From assembly GCF_006345805.1 (NCBI RefSeq), contig NC_043024.1, forward strand, positions 4,960,001-5,024,000: a stretch of DNA of 64,000 nt. The letters run 5' to 3'. Every line of letters starts with the position of its first letter. Positions within the stretch are counted from its first letter, which is position 1. The notes beneath the pieces were generated by a model. It saw nothing but the letters and a program-made list of their open reading frames with translations. It had not been told where the DNA came from and made no database searches. This stretch comes from Octopus sinensis. Its lineage: Eukaryota. Shown piece by piece: positions 51,119 through 64,000 of this stretch. A program made the position numbers and the translations under genes.

Positions 51119-51300
51119 ACTTACATAGTAATGCATATGCGAAGAGAGAGACAGTCAACGAAGATGTGAGAATATGTTGAAGTGGTTAGAACTAAAGTCA
51201 GAGTGGACAATGATAGCTTCAAGAGAATTTCTTCCTCTTTACAACAAACGTTAATTCATATTTTTCGGGTCAACATAAAAAATGTGTAATCATTCGTTTT
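51119..51300 (-). promoter_or_regulatory. Putative non-coding first exon and GTAAGT donor of the orphan G/H-type unit
   Basis: Paralogous to 56709-56900 and 63150-63600; GTAAGT at 51124-51119. Confidence 0.45.
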
Positions 51301-51410
51301 GAGTAGACAATAAAACCAACTTTCCGTGAGCACGTGTTGTCTTGACAACTGCATGCTTCTTCTTGTGTGTGTTGCATTTTAAACTTGGTGAAAAAAGCCT
51401 TAAATATTTG

Positions 51411-51796
51411 GGATCTTTTCGGTTTGAACGGCAGTTTTTAAAAATAATTTCCAGGCAACTAAAAACTTTTAAACTTCGTATACTGGTAGAATCTGTTTAT
51501 TGAGAAAATTCAATGGTTTGTAAGATATTTGTTGTTTTTTTCCTTCAATTTCTGCAATTTCAACCAATCAATGACATCTATTGAGGTAAAAAACATTCTG
51601 TGCCGTATGAATATGTCCCTCGTTTAAGAAACGGATTGGGTTTATTTAGATCTGTGAAGAAAAAAAGATACCCTTTCTGCCACCCCTAACCCTAAAATAG
51701 ATTAAAATGCAATAGATCGATACAAGGGTCATAATTATGGGTGACAATTTCATATGACACCACTAGAAAAAAATGCTGTTCAAACCGAAAAGATCC
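51411..51796. mobile_element. Complete MITE with about 27-bp TIRs
   Basis: GGATCTTTTCGGTTTGAACGGCA ... TGCTGTTCAAACCGAAAAGATCC, flanked by an 8-bp direct repeat AATATTTG (hAT-like TSD; superfamily uncertain). Confidence 0.8.
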
Positions 51797-52431
51797 AATA
51801 TTTGTTCTTACAAGCTTCATGTGTGCATGTGAAATCTCGTTTTCTTTTACAGATTTTACCTACACATATTAATAGTGACCCAGCAACAAAATTTGGTAAG
51901 GGGGTGCAAACCCAGGTCCTAATATTTTTAATGAAAAATGTGGATTTTTCCAATGTTACACAACACTGCATTTGCCATTACCCTCCTCCCACAGACACCA
52001 CATGGATCCACCTTACTCACCAACACTTCTTCCACCCCACTCACTATCACCTTTCTTTTCCCAAGGTTTGTTACATGTTATTCTGTGTTCTGAATACTTT
52101 TATTTGAATATATGTTGCTTATTGCAAGTTATGGATGATTATTTTATGACTTCATTGCTTTCAGGCTTAGCTTAAGGTATTTTCGCGCCTAAACAAACAT
52201 TGCCTGACAGCAAAATAGAGACTCGGACATTGCTTAGAAAATATTTTTCATTTTTAACCTCGTATATAGTATGCACTAGGGATTTTGACCGATAAATTTT
52301 GGGAAACAAATGCGGATTATACTCAAGGATTTACGGTATACATATATATTATTTTTGTGGGCGGTTTGGATGATATTTTTTGCAGAGTAATAACATAACA
52401 CATAAGGACAATAGAGAAAAGTTTGATATTA

Positions 52432-52437
52432 TTTATT
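52432..52437 (-). terminator. Putative poly(A) signal AATAAA of gene G (paralogous site 57856-57861 for H)
   Basis: AATAAA followed by a GU/U-rich stretch, located at the end of G/H paralogy. Confidence 0.55.
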
Positions 52438-52544
52438 CAGCATTACATGTGTTTCATTTCCTAATAGGAATTACAAACTATTAGATGTGTAGAAAACATA
52501 TAAGATATTTCCTATAAGAAAATCTTCAGACATACATAAGTGTG

Positions 52545-52759
52545 TGTGTGTGCACCCTTGTCCAGATATTATGTGGTGTTCATAAATGGCCATCATGACC
52601 GTCATACTTCTGTAGTTGTTCATTTCCAGTCTTCTGTGTAAAATATGTCTCACCAGGGAAAATATTTCCTTGCTTGGAAACAGGGAGGGTATCAATGAAT
52701 TCAATCCGATCCATAGAAGAATGTAAAAGTGAATGTTAAATGATGATGATCATCATCAT

Positions 52760-52760
<1 letters not shown>
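52545..52760 (+). mobile_element. Old (GAT)n-tailed retroposon relic in the 3' region of G (paralog 57960-58215)
   Basis: The gene-sense strand reads catcatttaa...catgc...gcagattttctacatctgggtacctttc, homologous to the RTE tail; it follows a decayed Y-H-Y-D finger start. Confidence 0.6.
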
Positions 52761-54535
<1,775 letters not shown>

Positions 54536-54836
54536 CTCTTCAAGAAAAATAAAACTGAACCTTCAAGTTGTACAGATCAACAACTTTTCAATAGTATTTC
54601 TTCTCTCACCAAAATTCATGGATATTTTGCTTGTTTTTGCTTTTATAGTTTATTCCAAACAAATATCACTTCTCTTATATTTCTTCTAAACGTGATCAAT
54701 GCCAATATTTAAAAATGCTTGAAATAGTTTTGTAAATCCATCAAAGTATATTTAAAAGAGAAAATTATCTTCTGCACACTTCAGACACAGAAGTAAAGAA
54801 ATGCTTTCTCTCTCAGAGGAAATATTTTACTGTAAT

Positions 54837-54902
54837 TCAGCAATGTTTTATAGAAGCAGGATTATATGTTTGTAGAATATCTTTGCAGAGTCTTTCAAAC
54901 AT
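54837..54902 (-). CDS. Candidate uORF micropeptide MFERLCKDILQTYNPASIKHC (gene G leader)
   Basis: Aligns in frame with the B/E peptide (D-I-[IL]-x-Y-N-P-[VA]-S-I). Confidence 0.4.
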   Translation of the reverse strand: MFERLCKDILQTYNPASIKHC

Positions 54903-56708
54903 GACACATATTGATGATTCTTTAAAAGTAAAAAATACTTTTTAGCCAATTTCATGTGATTTTCTGAAAGAATACAAAAATAATATAAGACATCATGTAT
55001 GTTTAAAAGGCAGATATTCAAAAGTGCAAATTTATGACATTTCTGTTTTCATAAATTGTCGAAGTAATTCTCTATCTGAAGTATTAAATTTATCCCATCT
55101 CTCTGTTTTCAAGAAGTTTCTATCAAGGAGTAGACATATGTAGTATAATAACATCTCCTGGACATTTCGTTTGTCCTAGACACACACACACACCAATATA
55201 CATGTCAATAACACTAGATATCTGATGTTTTCATCTCAGTCATGTGTCGTAAAAGAGATATCACACCTCCTCTGCCTCTTTCCGTACATTTATAAATATA
55301 TAAATACACACATACAGGCAGCTTAATGTCAATATTCTGTGTTACATGAAACATGAATAACAGTCAGTAAATAATCAGTATGGATGACTAACAGCATCAA
55401 AATCTTTTGTGGGGAATTTTTGATGTAGGAAAAATTATTGGTTGAGGTGGAGAAGGAAATTGGTGACAATCCTTCTCAATGGGGGCAAATGATGTAGTTT
55501 TAACATTAAATTATTCTCGTTTTTTTTTTCTTTACTTTTAAATTCTTACACGTTACAATTAATGTTTCTCTTCCTTTTTACTTCGCAACGAAATATTGTT
55601 TATCGTGGTGAGTGAAAAATATAACGACGCGTAATCACGGAGGTGTGAGTTCGAATCTCATAGCCGGCCGCCAACACTTTTCTGCAAAATAGGGGTAGCT
55701 TATCCTGTTCAGGCTATATTATTAGCAATATCCTGCCTTTGAGAATTTAAAATCGCTTCTTTAACTTCCTAAGACATCTCAAAGCTTCTAAAGCAAACTT
55801 CGTTTGTTTGTTTACGTTCATCGTAATTTGAATTTAAATATATATGTATTACGAAGAGAGAAAAGGATAACTTAGGTAATTAATTGAAAATAACATAAAA
55901 AAAAACAGAGTGCAATTCATATATAATGCCTTAAATCCCAACAACGGACCATTGAATGCGTTTATGTGAAAAAAGATATCGAAAAACATTAGCAAGTAAG
56001 ATTGAGAAAGAAACTAGGAAGGTATCAGGTGGTCGTGGGGTGCGCGATAAATAACAGCTAAATTGTTCTTCATTCGGTTTTTTCCCTTCTTTGTTGGTTT
56101 CATAACCGTTTGAATCCTTGAATGTACAGCAGAAATACGCAGAAATTTCCCCGAAAATAAAAATGTGATAAGCGGTTACATTAAAAAAAGATTCCTTTGA
56201 AAAATAGATATTAATTGTAAGTTGTAATGATAGAGAAGAACCTCCAGAAATAAAGACTTCCTAGGTTTTAAATAAAACCCGTTCCATTTCTTCTGTATAC
56301 AATATTTACTTTTCGTTTCAGTATTTCAAGTGCACACTCGTATTTTTATACATTCCGCATGTCTTACAAATTACATCGTAATTTTCATGCGGAATTTACA
56401 TGTGAGGAAGAAAGAGAAAAGTTATCTACACAAGGTATCCATCGGACGTTAACAAATAATATAGGAAATAAGGAAAGATGCAATGAAATATCTGAATGTA
56501 AAGAACACAACGAAAGTATTGAAAGAACAGCCTCACCGAAGTTGAAAAAGTGGGTTTCCATCGCAAAAAAATTAGGGAAAGGTAGGTGCGGTCCATGCCC
56601 TTTACCTCCGCTATTTCGTCTTTGTTTAGTGAGATTCTTTCTTGTAACTTACTCAACACATCGAAACAAACAGACGTACGTAATATGATACATATACAAT
56701 AGAAATAT

Positions 56709-56900
56709 ACTTACATAGTAATATATATTCAGAGAGAGTCAACGATGAAAATATGAGAATATGTTGAATGAGTGAAAAGTTAGAGTGGACAGTGACAGCT
56801 TCAAGAGAATTTTTACGACGAATATTAATATTTAACAGGTCAACATAATAAAAAAAATGCTGCATCTGTTTCTTTAGACACTTAATTACCAATCACGTGT
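56709..56900 (-). promoter_or_regulatory. Putative non-coding first exon and donor of gene G
   Basis: GTAAGT at 56714-56709; the block gagtggacaatgacagcttcaagagaattt recurs 5' of each G/H-type unit. Confidence 0.45.
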
Positions 56901-57024
56901 CAATTTAATTAGATTTTCTCTTAAATATCAGTTGTAAAGTGGAACTGAGCAAGCAATACACATGCATACGGAGCAACAAAATTGGGAAGAATTAACTCTG
57001 AACAAGGGGAACTAAGTCTTGTCT

Positions 57025-57421
57025 TTATACTCTAGCGGTGTCATATGAAATTCTCACCCATAATTATGACCCTAGTATCGATCTAATGCTTTTCTATCTG
57101 TTTTAGGTTTATAGGTGGCGGAAAGGGCATCTTTTTTTTTCACAAATGTAGATAAACCCAATCTGTTTCTTAAACGAGGGACATATTCATACGGCACAGA
57201 TGTTTGTTTTTTTTTACCTCAATGGACGTCATTGATTGGTTGAAATTGCAGAAATTGAAGAAAATAACAATAACAAGTATCTTACAAGCTATAAAATTTT
57301 CTCAATAGAGCCAAGAGAAAAAGATGTTTTATAAACACATTCTACCAGAATACGAAGTTTAAAATTTTTTAGTTACCTAGAAATTATGTTAAAAAAACTG
57401 CCGTTCAAACCGAAAAGATCC
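57025..57421. mobile_element. MITE (same family as 51411-51796), one TIR lost
   Basis: Ends aaaactgccgttcaaaccgaaaagatcc. Confidence 0.8.
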
Positions 57422-58219
57422 TATATGTGTTAAAAAATCTCATCACGCAATCGAACCAATGAGAGAGCCTCTGCCTGGTTGCTCGATATGCTAAAAATAG
57501 CAGCCAAAGTAACTCCCTATCTAAATCACATGCCCATTGTACGTAATGTCCTAGATTATCCCTCAAAAGACAGTTTGCTGAAGGCTGGAATGTCTTTGAT
57601 GATACGTTTGCTGTATCAGGTTTGATTTGAGGCTAAATAACATTATGGTAAATTTCTATATTAACTCCCGCATGATTTTCACGAAGGAAAAAATCAAAAT
57701 GTTAGATTTTTTGCGTGGAATCAACTACCCTGACCTCATAATATGCTACAAAACCCTTTTACGGGTCCAAAAAACGGGGTGGGGTGAGATGGAAGCCATT
57801 TTTTTTTTACCTTAGAAAAAAACACATAAAGACAACGGAGAAGAGTTTGATATTATTTATTCAGCATTACATGTGTTTCATTTCCTAATAGGAATTACAA
57901 ACATTTACACGTAGAGAAAAAAATGTAAAGGATTTCCTTTAAGAAAATCTTTGAACGTACATGTGTGTGCGTGTACCCTTGTCCAGATATTATGTGGTGT
58001 TCGTAAAGGGCCATCATGACCGTCATACTTGTGCAGTTGTTTACTTCCAGTCCTCTGCGTAAAATATGTCTCACCAGGAAAAATATTTCCTTGCTTGGAA
58101 ACAGGTGAGGATTGGTCACAAGAAAGGTACCCAGATGTAGAAAATCTGCATCAATGAATTCCATCTGATCCACAGAAGCATGAATAGGAGAATTTTAAAT
58201 GATGTGGATCATCATCATC

Positions 58220-60426
<2,207 letters not shown>

Positions 60427-60721
60427 CTCTTCAAGAAAAATAAAACTGAACCTTCAAGTTGTACAGATCAACAACTTTTCAATAATATTTCTCTCACCAA
60501 AATATATGGATATTTTTCTTCTCGTTTTTATAGTTTATTCCAAACAAATATCACTTCTCTTATATTTCTTCTAAATGTGATCATTGCCAATATTTAAAAA
60601 TGCTTGAAATAGTTTTGTAAATCTATCAAAGTATTTTTAAAAGAGAAAATTATCTCTTACACATTTCAGACACAAAAGTAAAGAAATGCTTTCTCTCTCA
60701 GAGGAAATATTCTACTGTAAT

Positions 60722-60787
60722 TCAGCAATGTTTTATAGAAGCAGGATTATACATTTGTAGAATATCTTTGCAGAGTCTTTCAAACAT
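60722..60787 (-). CDS. Candidate uORF micropeptide MFERLCKDILQMYNPASIKHC (gene H leader)
   Basis: One residue differs from G (ACA vs ATG, compatible with decay of an ancestral ACG). Confidence 0.4.
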   Translation of the reverse strand: MFERLCKDILQMYNPASIKHC

Positions 60788-61129
60788 GATACATATTGAT
60801 GATTCTTTAAAAGTAAAAAATACTTTTTGGCCAATTTCATGTGATTTTCTGATAGAATAGAAAAAATAAAATAAGACATAGAATATGTTTAAAAGGTAGA
60901 TATTCAAAAGTGCAATTTTATAACACTTCTATTTTGCTAAATTGTAGAAGTATTAAACTTATCCAATCTCATCATTTTTAAGAAGTTTCTATCATAGAGT
61001 GGACACATGTATTATAATAACAACTCCTAGACACACCAATGAAGCAGGAAAATCTGTGACAATGTATTAATGTAAACACAAAGAGTGGTAGAACCAACTG
61101 CAGTACAGAAAAGGACATTACATGAATTT

Positions 61130-62000
61130 CATTGTGAACACCCGGGGATGTCATGACTGAAAGCTTTGATGGGGAGTCATGTGTATTGGCCAGCAATGGA
61201 CCGGGACATTCAAAATTTGGTAAAAATCATGTAGAGATTGTGCATTAGCAGCCAAGGCACCACCAGTGAAATACCAATTGTGTTCTGAGACGAAGAACAC
61301 CTCGACCTCTCCAAGACTGACGAATGTGAAGACACTGTTGACTGTTTTCTTCGACTCCAGGGGATTGTTCATCATGAGTGTGCTCCACCTGGTCAGACAG
61401 TAAACCAGGGGTTCTACTGTGACGTTTGCGGGATGCTATTCATTGGAAAGGGCCACAATTCGATGCCTCCAGGGAGTGACAATGCACCTGCCTATTCAGG
61501 TGGCAAAACAGGTGTAATATCTGTTTTTTCCAAAACAAAGTAAATAAAACACAAAAACACAAAGAAAGGATCGACTAGTCACGACTAGCAAGTGCGGATA
61601 CGCAAGTGCGCGCACTGGGAACACTCTTCTTAAGTAGTACCCTTTTAACTTACTCAACACATCGAAACAATCAGGTATATGACATGACACATATATGGTA
61701 CATATAGACTATGCTTGACAAGTGAATGGTGCATGCTACTTGATCATGATTGATAGCCTTATAAAGTGGTTGGAAGGATGTAGGTGCAGTCAACCTACCT
61801 TGAAGGCAACTATATCGTTCCTGCCCATTTTTTTTTTTGCTCAGAAAGGTGTTTCGGACACCATCGAACAAGGGAACACAATTTACAGGATACCAGTTAA
61901 AGGAATCCTGCAAAATACATGTAGGCAAGTACATCTACCCCACCCTACCACTCAAGGTCAAATGGGTAAGCAGAACGATTTATAGATACTTTCAAGCGAG
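61130..62000 (+). mobile_element. Gypsy integrase fragment with a nested mariner fragment (about 61290-61500)
   Basis: HPGMS.LKALMGSHVYWPAMDRDI...CRDC (Zn-binding) and YLIMIDS...QGTQFTG...SNG.AERFIDTFKRA (core); the insert reads VKTLLTVFFDSRGIVHHECAPPGQTVN (mariner-type). Confidence 0.75.
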
Positions 62001-62461
62001 CGCCAAATACAGGAAGGAACCAGTTAAGCAAGGATTAAGGGCTAACTAAATTCTTTTCAACAATAGCGATCAGCCATCATTTCTATATGTCGTCTCAACA
62101 TTTTAAAAAATATATTTACTACTAATTTTCGAGTAAAAGATTATATAAACGGATTTTTATTTTTACTTTTGGTCAAATTAGGTACTTTCTAGTGTTTCGT
62201 TTCTTCCGTATACGACATTTACTTTTCGTTTCAGTATTTCAGGTGCACACTCGTATTTTTATATATTCCCCATTTTCTTATGCAAATTATATTGTACTTT
62301 CCTGCCTTTAACTTAAATTATCAAACTTACACGCCACAAAGAAAGAGAAATTTTACCTAAACAAGATACAGATCTGACGTTAACGAATATAGGAAATAAC
62401 CAAAAGTGCAATGAAATGTCTAAAAGAAAACAAACAGAATGAAAGTATTAAAATAACAGCC

Positions 62462-62805
62462 TGGATCTTTTCGGTTTGAACGGCAGTTTTTAACATAATT
62501 TCTAGGTAACTAAAACATTTTAAACTTTTTATACTGGTAGAATGTGTTTATAAAACATCATTTTCTCTTGGCTTTATTGAGAAAATTCTATGGTTTGTAA
62601 GATATTTGTTGTTGTTTTTACTTCAATTTCTGCAATTTCAACCAATCAATGACGCCTATTGAGGTAAAAAAAACATTCTGTGCTGTATGAATATGTCCCT
62701 CGTTTAAGAAACAGATTGGGTTTATTTACATTTGTGAAGAAAAAAAATAATACCCTTCCCCTAATTCTAACCCTAACCCTGAAACAGATTGAAATGCAAT
62801 AGATC
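62462..62805. mobile_element. MITE (same family), truncated
   Basis: Starts ggatcttttcggtttgaacggcag; contains taaccctaaccct. Confidence 0.8.
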
Positions 62806-63202
62806 GTATTTGTTTAGTGAAATTCTTTCTTTTAACTGGTATTACTTAATTAGAGTGGTCCAGGTACGCGCACTCGCGCATCCGCACTAGCTAGTCGTGA
62901 CTAGTCGATCCTACAACGACTACGTAGCAAAGTAAATAAAACAAAAAATACATAATTTTTTTTACACAATAGTAAATAAAACACTAAAAACACCAAGTAA
63001 ATAAAACAAAAATACAAAGTAAGGATACTCGAGTGCGCGCACCGGGAGCACTCTTCTGAAGGAGTACCCTTTTAACTTACTCAACACATCGAAACAATCA
63101 GATATATGGCATGACACATATATAACAGAAATGTTTTTATAAATATAATACTTACACAATAAATATATATGTATATACTTTCTTTTAAGCAGCAGAAAAT
63201 TC

Positions 63203-63255
63203 AACAAAATCTGTTACTCTGAGTTTCTCGTTGCCGTTCATCAGACAGTTTTTGC
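63203..63255 (-). ncRNA. Candidate type-I hammerhead ribozyme inside a 28-bp perfect inverted repeat
   Basis: The minus strand reads aaaaactgt CTGATGA acg-gcaa-cga GAAA ctc-a-gag TA acagatttt. Core complete, GUA triplet, stem I 8 of 9 pairs, but A-A at 10.1/11.1. IR arms 63185-63212 and 63258-63285. Confidence 0.55.
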
Positions 63256-63369
63256 TAAGATTTTGTTGAATTTTCTGCTGCTTAAATTAAAGCATATTAC
63301 TCTACCACTGGTATTTGAGTGCTCTTTTTTCCACCTTGTTTCACATTTATGTGTTTACTCCGGTATATA

Positions 63370-63990
63370 TGTATATATGCAGAGTGAGTCAACGAGGAGG
63401 GTGTGAGAAGAATATAATGTAGTGAAAACTGAACTCAGAGTGGACAAAGAGAGCTTCAAGAGAATTTCTTCCTTTTTACAACAAACGTTAATTAATATTT
63501 TTCAGGTCCACATAATCAAAAATGCTGCATCTGTTTCTTTAGAAATTTAATTACCAATCGTGTATATATTTAATTCAGTTTTCTCTTAAATATCAGTTGT
63601 AAAGTGGAACCGATCAAGCAATAAAAATACGTAAGAAACAGGAGCAAGAAAGCCTTTTAAGAATTTATGTGAAACACCTCAGCTCTTAATTAAAAACGGA
63701 TATTAGAAATAGAGTCATTTCCCCTTGTCTGTTAATTGCTAAATCTTTCCAATTCTGTTTCCTTGTTTAAGAGAGAACCCAATTGAATATACACACGTTT
63801 GATAATTAACTGTGTAAAGAAATCCGTACAGTATTCTTTATTAAATTCACCTGCAAAATATAAATCAACGTTTGCAATTAAAAATCTAGAAATTCTCTTG
63901 AAGCTGTCATTGTCCACTCAGACTCCAGTCCTCACTGCTTCATCATATTCTCACATTTTCCTCGGTGACTCTCTCTCTATATATATACAT
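63370..63990. promoter_or_regulatory. Head-to-head inverted pair of first-exon/promoter blocks
   Basis: 63380-63600 and the reverse complement of 63760-63980 align through gagtggacaa..agcttcaagagaatttct..caaacgtt..tttctt. Confidence 0.45.
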
Positions 63991-64000
63991 ATATTTCTAC

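Noticed and set aside
55610-55670. tRNA-like T-arm GTGAG-TTCGAAT-CTCAT ending near CCA
   Set aside because: No convincing D-arm, anticodon arm or acceptor stem could be built; more likely a decayed SINE head.
63732-63917. ORF MDNDSFKRISRF... as a small protein
   Set aside because: The paralogous copies at about 51205, 56785 and 63440 do not keep the ATG or frame.

Overview
AT-rich, microsatellite- and retroposon-saturated eukaryotic DNA. The repeat families and the effector-less poly-C2H2 cluster point to an octopus or other coleoid cephalopod genome (inference). There is one 100-N scaffold gap at 40315-40414. The window is a C2H2 zinc-finger gene cluster with seven arrays, labelled A-E, G and H, plus a decayed relic near 1.4-1.7 kb. 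A (13986-14666, +), B (17705-18841, +) and G (53576-54535, -) have usable ORFs of 7, 12-13 and 11 fingers. C, D, E and H are disrupted. Every array trails off into decayed out-of-frame fingers. The five arrays that retain their 5' region share a conserved splice acceptor and leader that carries a short upstream ORF. Between the genes lie CR1/L2-like and RTE LINEs, three tRNA-derived SINE families, Gypsy fragments, a full-length Tc1, mariner/rosa, Merlin and Helitron fragments, a Penelope-like element, MITEs and several foldbacks. The most notable unexplained signals are: (1) a candidate conserved uORF micropeptide in the ZNF leaders, with an all-synonymous difference pattern between B and E; (2) several type-I hammerhead ribozyme motifs with palindromic stem III, one fully intact downstream of the Penelope-like ORF and one in sense orientation in the putative first exon of gene H; (3) a minisatellite-like two-finger (168-bp) expansion in gene H; (4) repeated antisense insertion of (GAT)n-tailed RTE ends into finger-coding repeats; (5) a covarying 3' stem-loop shared by a SINE and a LINE. 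All calls were made by eye, with no alignments or database searches run. Indels in the arrays could partly be assembly errors.
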